From: Octopus sinensis
Lineage: Eukaryota
Assembly: GCF_006345805.1 (NCBI RefSeq)
Contig: NC_043002.1
Location: 4,092,001-4,156,000, forward strand
DNA: 64,000 bases
Reading direction: 5' to 3'
Part shown: positions 13,526 to 26,321 of the stretch, piece after piece
Numbering within the stretch: position 1 is the first letter of the stretch
Layout: the number at the start of each line of letters is the position of its first letter
Made by a program: the position numbers and the translations under genes
Notes under the pieces: model-generated
What the model was told of the DNA's origin: nothing
The model's input: the letters and a program-made list of their open reading frames with translations, nothing else
Databases searched by the model: none

Positions 13526-14114
13526 GACACATTTTGAAATTTTTCAGTTGTGCAACTCAACTAATGATGAGTCAAGTCATGTCTTATGAGACTTATTTCT
13601 TGAAAAGGTTGCCCATGCCTGCCATAAAAAGTAATTAGCTGCCTCGCCAATTTTAATACCAGCCACATCATAATAACAGCTTTAAATGTCCTGTCAAAAT
13701 TCTAACTGCTAGATAATTCATTTATCAAAAGGTTTTTTTCAAAATCATGTAACAAAGACTGCTACAAACAAAAACATGCACACAAGATGCAAAATAAACT
13801 GAGACCAGGGGTGGGGAAATGTTACTTTCATTCAAATTTGAAACTGCCCTTTGATACAGTCTCCAAAACCCCGTATGAGACAAAATACATTTAAAACTAA
13901 AAGCAAAATAATTCAATACAATTTATATACCTATGAATTTGTGAAATATGGTTAAAAAGTTTGCTTTGAAACCATGTGGTTTTGGGTTCAATCCCCCCAC
14001 TGTGTAGCACATTGGACAAGAGTCACCTATAGTGGTTCTGGGCCAGACAAAGCTTTGTAAGTGGATTTGGCAGATGGAAACTGAAAGAAACCAACCACAC
14101 GCACGCACACACAC

Positions 14115-14145
<31 letters not shown>

Positions 14146-14244
14146 TGTATGTATGTCATTATTCCTTTCTATTTCAAGATTTCTTGCCAAGATTTCTAAC
14201 CTAGATCCAAGGCTCCTTCATTGGAATTTCACCATCAACAATAC

Positions 14245-14632
14245 AGTATGTATGTATGTATGTGTGTATGTGTGTATGTGTGTATGTATCTATGTATGTG
14301 TGTATGTATGTGTGTGTGTATGTATGTATGTATGTGTATATGTGTGTATGTATGTATGTATGTGTATATGTGTGTATGTATGTATGTGTGTATGTATGTA
14401 TGTATGTATGTATGCATGTATGTATTCATGTATATATGAATGTATGTATGTATGTATGTATGTATGTATGTATGTATGTATGTATGTATGTATGTATGTA
14501 TGTATGCATGTATGTATTCATGTATATATGAATGTATGTATGTATGTATGTGTGTATGTATGTATGTATGTATGTATGTGTGTGTGTTTATGTATGTGTG
14601 TATGTATATGTGTTTGTGTGTTTGTGTTTGTG
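14245..14632. repeat. (TATG)n/(TG)n compound microsatellite
   Basis: Direct inspection. Confidence 0.95.
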
Positions 14633-15071
14633 TCTCCTTGTCTAGAAATTGTGTGATTGGTTGTAAATAAAATCCAATATTATACAAATGGTGTCTTTTG
14701 TTTCCAATCTTCTATAAGAACACGTTTAGCCACGAGGAACTAATACTTTGTTTGGATCCAGTTGAGGATTAAAGGCGAGAAGATCATCTGGCTGGAGAAA
14801 ATCTGCCTCAACAAATCCCTTCTGACCCATGCAGGCATCAAAAGTGCACGTTAAAACAAGGATGATAGTGAAGGATTCACTGCTTTTTCTGATCACAGAT
14901 GTGACCTCTGCAGGTTCTTTTTCCCTTGCAATTTGCTCTGTATAGTTGTCAAATTACCCTCAAGCTACACCCTATTGTTTGGAAGAAAAAGAAAGGACAC
15001 ATGAGACAATTTGATTCTTGCATATTATATCTAATAAAAGATGGAGTAGTTATGTGGAATTCTTTAACCAA

Positions 15072-15535
15072 ATGACTGTGCCAGTGGCACTTAAAGGGCA
15101 CCATTCGAGCATGATCGTTACCAGCGTCGCCTTACTGGCACTCGAGCTCCGTGCTAGTAGGGTATTAAGAGCACCATCCGAGCATGATCGTTGCCAGAAC
15201 AGCTATCTGGCCTCCATGCCAGTGACATGTAAAAGACACCATTCAAGCGCGACCGTTACCAGCATTGCCATACTGGCACCTGTGCTGGTGGCATGTGTAA
15301 AAGATTTGAGCGAGGTCATTGCCAGTACCGCCTGACTGGCCCCGTACTGGTGGCACGTAAAAGCACCCACTACACTCTCGGAGTGGTTGGCGTTAGGAAG
15401 GGCATCCAGCTGTAGAAACTCTGCCAGATCAAGACTGGAGCCTGGTTCAGCCATCTGGTTCACCAGACCTCAGTCAAAATCGTCCAACCCATGCTAGCAT
15501 GGAAAGTGGATGTTAAACGATGATGGTGAAGATGA
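15072..15535 (+). mobile_element. SINE-like family C copy
   Basis: Family C body and tail. Confidence 0.85.
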
Positions 15536-16418
15536 TGACTGCTTAAATTCCAGTTGACCTGAGAGTAAATGATGCTGACATTGGCCACAACAACAACAAC
15601 ATCCAGAACCACTTCCACCAGAATCACAACCTGCGGCAACAACAGCAGTAGCAGAATTGCTACTGCACCAGACAGAATGCATTGTGGAATTTCTTTTAAC
15701 CCTTTAAATGCTGCTGGGGGTCAGTTTTGCCATTCACCCTTTCAGGATTTACAAAATAAGTACAAGTTGAGGACTGGGATTGATATTAACAACTCCCTTT
15801 TTCCCCCCAAAATTACCAGTTTTGTGCCAAATTTAGAGGGAAATATTAAGACAACATTGCAGAATTTATAGACAGTTGTATTTGATTGAAGAGACTTTAA
15901 TGAATTACTAGTATTCATTTAATTGATGCCAGAGTAATTTGAAGTCAGAAAGCAATAGGATGTAGCTAAAGATATCTTGTTTAGCAACCTAGCAATTCTT
16001 CCTTCTATGCCCTTTCATGACCGATTATAATAAGAGAAGGAATAATTTCAAATAGTAGCACAAGATCAGAGATTCTGGAGGGGAAAGATGCAGTCAAACA
16101 GATTTACTCCTAGCCCTTAACTTGAATGATACTTTTTCTATCAACCCTAGAAAAATGGGTAAAGTTACGTTCTGGACTCATACCAGCTCATAAGGGTCAG
16201 TTTCCTGGTTCATGGCGTGTATATTCCCCACCTGGACATTGACCCTCAGGGGATGACAAAATAAATACAAGTTGAGTTCTGGGATTGATATTATCAACTC
16301 CCTTCTCCCCTCAAAATTGCCAAAGTCAATCTCAGCAAAATATGAACCCAGAATGTAATGATAAATGAAATGCTATCAATTTTGCCCACTCATTGCCATA
16401 GTAATAATAATAATAATA

Positions 16419-16451
<33 letters not shown>

Positions 16452-16453
<2 letters not shown>

Positions 16454-17990
16454 TTTAGGGATAAATGAAGGCTCTGGTATTCAGCATGCAAGCATGAAAG
16501 AGAAGATCAGGAAGGAATGTTATAGGAGAGTTCGTGCAGTCCTGAAATCTGAACTAAATGCACGTAACAAGGTGTTAGCTATAAATTCCTTAGCAGTTCC
16601 AGTTATTACTTATAGCTACAATGTGTTGAACTGGAATATGAGTGAAGTAAAGAATATAGATAGGAAAATACGCAAGCTGCTGAGTTGTAATAGGATGCAC
16701 CACCCAAAGGCAGACGTAGATCGCCTTTACCTTCCCAGAGCCCAAGGAGGTCGAGGCCTGATCCAATTTGAACTAGCTTACAAAACAACCACAATTGGAC
16801 TGGCCAAATATCTCGAAATATCGAATGACTGGATGCTAAAGCTCGTGGAAAATCACGAGAGACGAAAGAAGCTTCATTCTATTATAAAGGAAAGCAAAAA
16901 ATTTGCTATTGATCTCGTGCAGGATACCCAAACTGAACAACCCGAGGGAAGTACGGCAACTATTGTTGCAAAGAAGGTGAAAATGATGGCAACGAAAAAA
17001 GCGCACGAGCAATTGGCTGATAGGTGGGAGGAGAAACCTCTGCACGGCAAATATGTGACCCGCAGCAAACAAGCTGATGTTGACCAGAAGTAAACCCATC
17101 AGTGGCTACGGAGCTCAGGGCTAAAAGCAGAGAGCGAAGGTTTCATCCTGGCTGCTCAAGATCAAAGCCTATTAACCCGGAACTACCAGGCCAATGTGAT
17201 GAAAAATGGAGCAGACCCAAAATGCCGATTCTGCAACGACATGATTGAAACAGTGGACCACCTAATCTCTGGATGTAAAGTCTTAGCACCAGTGGAGTAT
17301 AAATTAAAACATGACAGAGTTGGCCAATATCTACACTGGCTAATAAGTCGGCATTACAATATCAAAACTGCCGACAAGTGGTATAATCACCACCCTGAGG
17401 CTGTAACTGACGGAGAAAATGTAACCATTCTGTGGGACTTTCCAGTACATACAGACCAAACCATCAAGGCCAATAAACCAGATATTGTTGTGAAAGACCA
17501 AAACAATAAAGTTTGCTTATTGATCGACATGAGCATCCCCTATGATCATAATATCTCAGCGAAAGAGTTTGACAAGCTCAGAAAATATAAAGACCTACTC
17601 ATTGAAATTGAGAAAATGTGGCATCTCAAGGCGGTTACAATACCAGTGATCGTAGGAGCACTAGGAATGATCAAGAAGGGAACCGAAAATTATATGAGAA
17701 TGATCCCTGGCTTACCATCCCTGCAAGAAGTGCAAAAGATTGTCTTAACTGGTACATCACACGTATTGAGAAGAGCATTGTCAATGTGAGAACTGTTGCT
17801 GCTCATGTATTTTAATTTAACTTTAAAAAAAAAAATTTTTTTTAAATGAACGAACTATTGAGTTTGGTTTAATGGCCTACCAATATATACTATGAGTTTC
17901 TTTGCCCTAGGAGTCGGGAAGACACTTGGCAAGAAATGGAAGCAAATTTGAAAGAAGAAAAAAAAAGTAATAATAATAATAATAATAATC
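16452..17990 (+). mobile_element. 5'-truncated R4/Dong-like non-LTR retrotransposon (RT C-terminus, CCHC, restriction-like endonuclease), one in-frame stop at 17091-17093
   Basis: YLGINE..., RLYLPRAQGGRGL, CRFCNDMIETVDHLISGC (CCHC), ANKPDIVV..LIDMSIP..KLRKY (RLE), ends LRRALSM*; (TAA)n on both sides. Confidence 0.9.
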
Positions 17991-18006
17991 ATAATAATAA
18001 TAATAA

Positions 18007-18534
18007 ATGCCCTGATGCAGTACCAGACAGTGGCTCTCATGGCTTCTGATCTTAACTGATTGGAAATGTTATCATGTACATACAGCAAATATTCTGCTCA
18101 ATACCACAGATTTGCTTGTCAGTTGTTTGACCATAACCAGTTGAGCATGTCCCTTAGTGGCTGACGATGTGTGCATCTCTGATCATGAGCAGAAGTAGTG
18201 GGGGAGCATCATAGCTATGTGTTGGGAGGAATTCTTTGGAGTTTGGATCATTCATCTATGGAAACATGAGTGTTTCGTTCAACATCCTTAAACAACTCTT
18301 ATTCGGGGACCATTTGAGTGGGATGGGCTACTTGACTTGAAGAAAATTCAAACTGGGCCCCACCTGCAAGGTCATGTGCTGTTTATCTTGATATGAGATC
18401 ACCATGTCGCACACTTGTGATTGTGATGCATGTGCTTGGTGTACCCTTATCAGACGGGTAGTCATGATGGGTATACTGGGCTTTGTGTATTTTACCCTAG
18501 TGTCACTTTGATGGTATGCACTGCTTTCTCACTC

Positions 18535-18535
<1 letters not shown>
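18007..18535. mobile_element. ~530-bp non-coding element bounded by (TAA)n on both sides
   Basis: Complex sequence with abrupt junctions into TAA arrays; no recognisable ORF. Confidence 0.55.
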
Positions 18536-18565
<30 letters not shown>

Positions 18566-18587
18566 TAATAATAATAATAATAATAAT

Positions 18588-19398
18588 GCAAAAGAAATAG
18601 ACAAAGAAAAATCCCGACAATGGTTGAGAAGCTCAGGACTCAAAGCAGAGACAGAAGGATTTTTAATTGCAGCACAAGACCAAAGCCTCCCCACCAGAAA
18701 TTACCAAAAACATGTAATGAAAATAAATATAACAAGTAACTGCAGAATATGTGGAGATGGACAAGAAACAATAAATCATATCTCTAGCTGCCCAGTCCTG
18801 GCTAAGAAGGAATATATTCACAGACACAACAGAGTTGGGACCTATATACACTGGAAACTATGCCAACATTATGGAATAACAACAGAAAAAAGATGGTATA
18901 GGCACACACCAGAAAAGGTCACAGAAAACGAGAAAGCAACCATACTCTGGGATATGCCAATACACACAGATAGAGAAATTAAGGCCAACAGACCAGATAT
19001 AGTTGTCAGAGATCATGAAGAAAAAAAATGTTTTCTAATTGATGTATCAATACCGGCAGATGACAACGTGTCTCTAAAAGAAATGGAGAAACTTTCAAAA
19101 TACAAAGACCTGGAAATAGAGGTAACTAGAATGTGGAATCTAAAAACAGAAACAATTCCTATCATAGTAGGTGCATTAGGCATGATAAAAAATATTCAGA
19201 CAAATACATAACAAAAACACCAGGACTTACAAACACATAACATACAGAAAATTGCACTACTAGGCACTGCACACATCCTACGCAGAGCACTTTCAATACA
19301 GTAACCATCAGAGCATCACAACAAATCACAGCACATACCCAAGGCACACAGAGCTGTGCTAGGTAGTGAAGTGAAAGCACGATATAAAAAATATACTA

Positions 19399-19400
<2 letters not shown>
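18588..19400 (+). mobile_element. Second, diverged 5'-truncated R4/Dong-like element
   Basis: WLRSSGLKAETEGFLIAAQDQ, CRICGDGQETINHISSC, ANRPDIVV..LIDVSIP..KLSKY; frameshift near 19190; TAA arrays at both ends. Confidence 0.9.
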
Positions 19401-19442
<42 letters not shown>

Positions 19443-19456
19443 TGAGGAGGATGATG

Positions 19457-19487
<31 letters not shown>

Positions 19488-19509
19488 CAACAAAAATAAT
19501 AATAATAAT

Positions 19510-19562
<53 letters not shown>

Positions 19563-19572
19563 TAATAATAAC
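19401..19572. repeat. (TAA)n microsatellite
   Basis: Direct inspection. Confidence 0.95.
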
Positions 19573-20311
19573 TTGGTAATAAACATGAATTTGTCAAATT
19601 TGGAAGGAAGAGTGCAGGTCAACTTAGTACACACCTTATTTAATCAACAATTAGTTGATTAAATTAGTCATGTACTAAGTTGATTCATACAATATTCTAT
19701 TGACTTTGGAAGGCTAAAAAGCAAAATAGAAACCAGAAAGAGATTTGAACTCGGAACATAAAAAAGACTTCAATAACAAAATGATGTAAACACAGCCAAA
19801 CATTTTGCAGTGTTTGGAGCTCTGCTACATGTTCTTTGCTGCCACATGTTTATGCTCCATGATGGTGATAATTACTTATTATTACAATTATAAGTATGCT
19901 GAGAGTTAACTGCATAATGTCCATTGTCTGGCTGACCAATTTGCTTTCTGGGATTTCTCAGTTGATAAGTGAGAGGCATTATCCAAATTCCATTCCTCAG
20001 TTGCCATAGTGAAGTCCTTTCTATTATTCAAAAGCGCTGGGTTTCTGCTGTCAGGCTGCCCTTTTCACCAATACAAAATGCATGGGGCTCTAGCACTTAA
20101 TTTGATTAAACATTGCTGTATGATATAATGGTGCAATAAGTAGGTCAAATAGCTCAGAAATTGTTCTAGATGTGTAACTAACTGACTGCCACATCAACTT
20201 GCTCGCTTGCTGTTGTTACAAATGTCATACCAACTGCATTAATTGTTACCATTTTGATTTATGAACATATGAACATAATGACCACCACCACCACCACCAC
20301 CACCACCACCA

Positions 20312-20363
<52 letters not shown>

Positions 20364-20394
20364 AGCTGTTACTGCTGCTGTTGTTGTTGTTGTT

Positions 20395-21545
20395 AAGCAA
20401 CAAGACGGGTGAGGGTGATTTCACTGCGTCTGTTCTGTGGGTTGGGAGATGTCTGGCAGGTTGGGAGTGGAAGTCCACTTTTCCCAGATCCGAAGGACAA
20501 GGAGAGGGTCACTGGCCAGAGCTTCTGGGGTGGGGGGTTTGGCATTTGCGGCGGGCGATGGATCCGTGGACAGTCGTAGATGACATGCTCCGCCGTCTCC
20601 TCTCCCATCCCGCACTTTCTGCAGGTTCTGTCTATGGCTCGGTCGATCTTGTAGAGCCAGTACTTGAGGTCCGGGTGATGACCACTTCTAAGTCGGCTGA
20701 GTGTTTCCTGCTGCTGCCTGGTTAGAGACGAATCAGCGGCACTGCTCGTTTTATTTCCATGGTTGCCGTAGATCCTCTTGACTCTTTCGTGTTTGAAGGG
20801 AGGTGGTTTAAGTGCCCGGTGGATCGCTGCTTTCACTGCATCGTAGTGGTGGTGGGCTGTTGACTGGTCCCATTCCATGCCGGCTTTTGCCTTCTCGTCT
20901 GCCAAGTCGTTGCCAGGGATTCCGCAATGCCTAGGGCGCCAGGCGAAGGTTATCTGGCACCCGTTGTCACTGAGGTTTAAAAGGAGAATGAGGATTTCAC
21001 ATTCGTCTTCAGTCTTGGGGGGTAGTGATGGGTGAGCTGCTTTAATCTTCTGCAAAGCGGAGAGGCTGTCACTGACAATTCGCACTCTCGAGACACCTTC
21101 TTCTGTCAGGACTTCTTGAAGGCCTTTTGGTCGCTTTTAGCTCAGATTGGAAGGAGGAGCACCATTTGCCGGTAGGGATTGCAAAAGATCGGTGAATCTG
21201 GGGATCACTTGGATGGCCAGTGGTAACTATGACGCCTCCACCACCAGTTGCGTTACCATCTAATGCAGAGCCATCTGTGTAGATTGTGAGGTCAAAGGCG
21301 TTCCACCCCCTTTCTAGCTGTCGCATCGGCCACGTCTCCGGTCTTTCTTCCGGTTAGCTCGAATAGGTGGTCTCCGACATGGTGGTAGTAGTGCATGTGA
21401 GGTTTCAGGCTGTGTCGTACCAAATATGGTGGTCCAGTTTCTTCGTGTTTTCTCCTTCCAGCTCGATTTCGTAGTTCTCTGTCGGACAGAGGTTGTGGTG
21501 GTTTGGTGGTGTGGGTTGGTAACGGGTTGGCAAAGGGATTTCTCC
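20395..21545 (-). mobile_element. 5'-truncated I-group-type LINE with RNase H domain and C-terminal CCHC; (AAC)n tail
   Basis: IYTDGS...SSFQSEL, VSDSLSAL, WRPRHCGIPGNDLADEKAK (RNase H); LSRLRSGH; CRKCGMGEETAEHVIYDC; frameshifts; AAC repeats 3' of the element. Confidence 0.88.
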
Positions 21546-21585
21546 AGGACGACCAATGCTGCTGCTGTTACTACTACTACTACTA

Positions 21586-21627
<42 letters not shown>

Positions 21628-21659
21628 AACTACTACTACTACATTATGGTACCAACTAA

Positions 21660-21885
21660 TAGCTGGCAGAAACGTTAGCACACCGGGTGAAATGCGTAAC
21701 CATATTTCGTCTGCCGTTACGTTCTGGGTTCAAATTCCGCCGAGGTCGACTTTGCCTTTCATCCTTTCAGGGTCGATAAATTAAGTACCTGTTACGCACT
21801 GGGGTCGATATAATCGACTTAATCCGTTTGTCTGTCCTTGTTTGTCCCCTCTGTGTTTAGCCCCTTGTGGGCAATAAAGAAATAT
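21660..21885 (+). mobile_element. tRNA-head SINE family A copy
   Basis: GCTGGCAGAA..GTTAGCAC..GTTCAAATTCCGCCGAGGTCGACTTTGCCTTTCATCCTTTC.GGGTCGATAAATTAAGTACC body shared with many other copies. Confidence 0.88.
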
Positions 21886-22369
21886 ATATAAATATATATA
21901 TTTGTTTAAGCCATATAAACATTGTTAGTGGGAGGGAGTCTCTGTCAATGGTAGCTTTCTGCATGCATATGTGGTGCAGCTGTGAGCCAAAAGTTTCGAG
22001 AAAGACTGGCAGTTACCCAAGTGGGCAAGTTTCTCTTCTATTCACCATCAATGGTGAGAAGAGGGCTATCTATCTCAATCAGGCAAGCATGGAAAAGCAG
22101 GCATTAAGCAAAAATAATGATGATGATGATAATGATGATGATGATATAGATATATATATATCCAAATGTTGGCAAACGAAATAGAGATAAGAATGTGCAT
22201 TGTCCGTTTGATTGGAAAATTTCTATAAGTGGCTGAAGATTGCTCGACATTTTAAAACTGATGTAATACTTACAGTGTTTAATAAAATGAAGTAGCATGA
22301 AACAATTGTACCACTCTACCTCGGATATACTTGTTGCTTATTTTGATATATATACATATACATATACAT

Positions 22370-22581
<212 letters not shown>

Positions 22582-23496
22582 GTTTTGTTGAATTTTCTGC
22601 TGCTTTAAATAAAGCATATTACTCTACCACTGGTATTTGAGTACTCTTTTTTTCCACCTTGTTTCACATTTATGTGTTTACTCCGGTATATAGTTTCATG
22701 GGCAAAAAAAATGTTCAACTTCTTGCCTAGAGCGAGCCCACAGCAATATCATATCTTCTCCACTACGATTCCCTAAAACTTGAGAACTACACAACCAATT
22801 CCATTCAAATTTTACACATGCCTTACTTAGGGTCTATGTAGTTTCACGGGGGAAAAAAATGTTCAACTTCTTGCCTAGAGCGAGCCCATAGCAATAACAT
22901 ATCTTCTCCACTATTTCAGTATTACGTGTTAAAAGTGAAACAAAAACATTTCTTTATTTTATGTCAGATGCTTTCACTTTAACAATAAAAATAATAATAA
23001 CAATTGTGTAGAGAGTGGTGTGTAGGGGAGAGCTCCTTCAATGGATATCTTGCTCATAAATCTGCTTTTTGTCCACTGCCTTTTCACTCATCTAATACTC
23101 TTTCACAAGCTGTCACTTTCTGCTTTTCTCTCTTCATCATGTACACATTACACACAGACATACTCAAACTAGTGCACTGTTGATTATGCACAACCGATTT
23201 TCAACATGATTACCCATAAGCATATGCTCACAAAAAACATGCTTGTGTGTTTTTATGCGTGTATGACATGATACGTGGAGTCAATAATGCAAATATGATT
23301 ATTCATATTTTCACTTATATACTTCTTAATAACATTGAAATTCAAAATTTTAGCACAAACTGTACAATCTAGTAATAAAATGTTTCAGTTAAATTTTCTC
23401 TTATGCAGGTTTTACTTTAAATAATTTTTAGAATATTTCTGGGTCTTAGAATCTTCAAAAATAAAAGTTTTTTTTCTTTCTTATATCAATGCATAA

Positions 23497-23915
23497 GCAC
23501 AGGCATTGTTGTATGGTAAGAAGCTTGCTTTCCAATCACATGGTTCTGGGTTCAGTCCCACTGTGTGGTACCTTGGGAAAGTATCTTCTACAATAGCCTT
23601 AGGCTGACCAATGCCTTGTGAGTGGATTTTATCGACAGAAACTGAAAGAAGCCCGCCATGTACATACATTTATTCATATATATATATATATATATATGCA
23701 TATATATATTTGTATCTGTGTTTGTCCCCCACCACCGCTTGACAACTGGTGTTGGTGTGTTTACATCCCTGTAACCCAGGGGATTCACAAAAATGACCAA
23801 TAAAACAAATACCAAGCTTAAAAATATAAGTACTGGGGTCAATTCATTTGACTAAAAATTCTTCAAGGCATTGCCCCAGCATGGCCAGAGTCCGATGACT
23901 TAGACATGTAAAAGA
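23497..23915 (+). mobile_element. tRNA-head SINE family B copy (diverged)
   Basis: TGGTAAGAAGCTTGC..GGTTCAGTCCCACTG..CCTTGGG.AAG body with internal TA/TG microsatellite. Confidence 0.8.
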
Positions 23916-24054
23916 TACATTAAAGAAACTTCTCTCTGTTGATGCTTAACAGACAATAAGAAAATAACGCAATAAAGGTTACACATGGAGCTATATTCAG
24001 AAGCAGCTTACTCTCTTACATGTCTAATACGAAATGTGCAAGCACAGATTTACA

Positions 24055-24400
24055 GGAAGGAATTACAACCGTGTTTTGTGGTCTGCTACCACAACAGCTC
24101 CTTTATAGGATCCAGTTAGCTGAAGACATCATCAGGAGGAACCACGTCCGGTTTCGGCCCCTGCTCCTCTACCGTTTTGACATGGCGGGGACCCCCCTTT
24201 CGGAGGTGTCTTCAGCTCTGGTGTTGGGTGCATGTCTTCTTTCTTCTTCTTTCTTCTGTTCCCTGGCCTCTTCGATGTATCGTCAGCGAGTGTCAGCCGG
24301 CAACTGACTGTCTTGTCAAATTTTTCCCTTTAAATACCTGCCGCATAGGCTCCAGCAGGCAGCCCCAGCAAGTTGTCATGTGACACTGTCTCACTTTAAC
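24055..24400 (-). mobile_element. 346-bp GC-rich insertion flanked by a 20-bp direct repeat (probable TSD)
   Basis: TGTGCAAGCACAGATTTACA at 24035-24054 and 24401-24420; internal 11-bp inverted repeat AGCTGAAGACA/TGTCTTCAGCT; strand inferred from G-U-compatible stems and a TATA-like motif. Confidence 0.7.
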
Positions 24401-24527
24401 TGTGCAAGCACAGATTTACACATGAATATGGAGTATTTGCATGAACACCTTGGGCAAGTGTTTTCTACTATTGGCCCAAATAATCAATGCCTTGTGAGTG
24501 AATTTGGTTGATGGAAACTGTACAGAA

Positions 24528-24943
24528 GAGGTGGCGAGCTGGCAGAATTGTTAGCACGCCGAGTGAAATGCTTAGTGGTATTTTGTCTGCCATTACGTTC
24601 TGAGTTCAAATTCCGTCGAGGTCGACTTTGCCTTTCATCCTTTTGGGGTCAATAAATTAAGTACCAGTTACGCACTGGGGTCGATATAATCAACTTAATC
24701 CATTTGTCTGTCCTTGTTTGTTCTCTCTGTGTTCAGTCCCCTGTGGGTAGTAAAGAAATAGGTATTTCGTCTGCTTTACGTTGTGAGTTCAAATTTCGTC
24801 GAGGTCGACTTTGCCTTTCATCCTTTCGGGGTCGATTAAATAAGTACCAGTTACGCACTGGGGTCGATGTAATCGACTTAATCCCTTTGCCTGTCCTTGT
24901 TTGTCCTCTCTGCATTTAGCCCCTTGTAGGTAGTAAAGAAATA
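24528..24943 (+). mobile_element. Dimeric family A SINE with a single 15-bp TSD
   Basis: Two tandem family A bodies; GGAAACTGTACAGAA at 24513-24527 and 24944-24958. Confidence 0.85.
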
Positions 24944-25149
24944 GGAAACTGTACAGAAAATAAAAGATATTTTGGGGTCCAAGTATTGCAATGGAACGGG
25001 AAAGGAAATACAATTATGACGCTAACACATTTATTCAATATGATTACCTTTATTTTGAATCACAGCCTTAAGTTTAGGTGCAAATGCTTCACACATGGCA
25101 TATAGCTGTTCTTGCAGAATTGAAGTCCATTCCTGGTGTTGAGCAAAGT

Positions 25150-26045
25150 ATGAGGACTACTCAAGATCCTTGTCTTCAAAATGGATCCTTGTCTTCAAAA
25201 CAGAAAAATCCAATGGGTTGAAATTAAGGCTTCATCCTTGCCTATGAATGACAGAATGTTTTCCTGAATCCAATTTTGTGTCTGTTTGGTGCTGTGGGAT
25301 AGTGCCAAGTCCTGTTGGAAGCTCCAAGGCGTGCATTGAAAGTGCTCATTCACCTATGGAAGCAGTTAAGCTTCTAGAATGATGCTAATTTATTGCTGGG
25401 CATTAATTTTAACACCTGAGGGCACAAAAACTAGGGAGAACCTTCCAGTAGCTGTCACAGCTGCCCAAACCATAACTGACTGTGGGTTTTTATGTTGATT
25501 TACAACTCGACAAAGCCAGATACATTCCAAAGTTGGTCATTCTGGTGGTTTACTGTCTGTTCGATGATGGTGGATCATCTTGTAGGTTTGGGTCCTGAGA
25601 TCCTCCTTCAGCACTCAATACATCAATGTTTGGTTTATTTTTGCTGTGGCAGCCAGTTTTCTGATGGAACGACAAGGATTTTGCTGTATCTTTTCTCTGG
25701 TACTTTTGATAAGTTGAGGTTTCGCACGCTTCCTTTTCAGTCACATTCAGGTTGATCAGTGATGGAACCAGTCTCTTGAAATTTCTCGACAGTTTGGAAA
25801 ACTGTTGTTCATCTAATTTTAAGCTTTTTTTGCTATATCTGCATTACTTTCACCTCCTTTATGGAGGGTTATGATTTTCTTTCGCTCTATAACCATTATC
25901 TAATTTATAAATCTGAATTTATTTAGCCTGAAACAAAAAGAAGACACTCTAAGCTTTCATAATGATGTATAACTTTCATATCTTATCACATTTATTGATA
26001 GTTATTAAAGCCTGAAACTTTGGTTGCCTTAATTTCAGGACACTA
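25150..26045 (-). pseudogene. Decayed Tc1/mariner transposase (DD37D/maT-like)
   Basis: GESNADIAKKLKI..TV..FQETGSITD (HTH); PQSVMVWAAVTATG..LVFVPSGVKINA; WSFQQDLALSH; multiple stops. Confidence 0.85.
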
Positions 26046-26321
26046 AGTGTGCATGTGCGTGTGTGATGATGGCTGTCCATTCATCACTGAGGAAGACAAT
26101 CACTGATCATTGCCCATGCAAAATGCCATCAATGTAGTTAGCTTCAACTGGGTTCATGTCTGTGACTTCCATACTTGCTATGATCTCCTTCTTGACTGGG
26201 TATTCTAGAGTTGCCTCACCAGCAATTGCACAACCTAAACTTTTAGGACCCAATGAGGCTTGCAAAGTACCTCACAGACCCCAATCACCCCCACTGACAT
26301 GATCCAGAGACAAGCCATCCA

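Noticed and set aside
24100-24230. Canonical hammerhead ribozyme
   Set aside because: CUGANGA and GAAA motifs are present but cannot be arranged with valid stems I-III; kept only as an atypical candidate.
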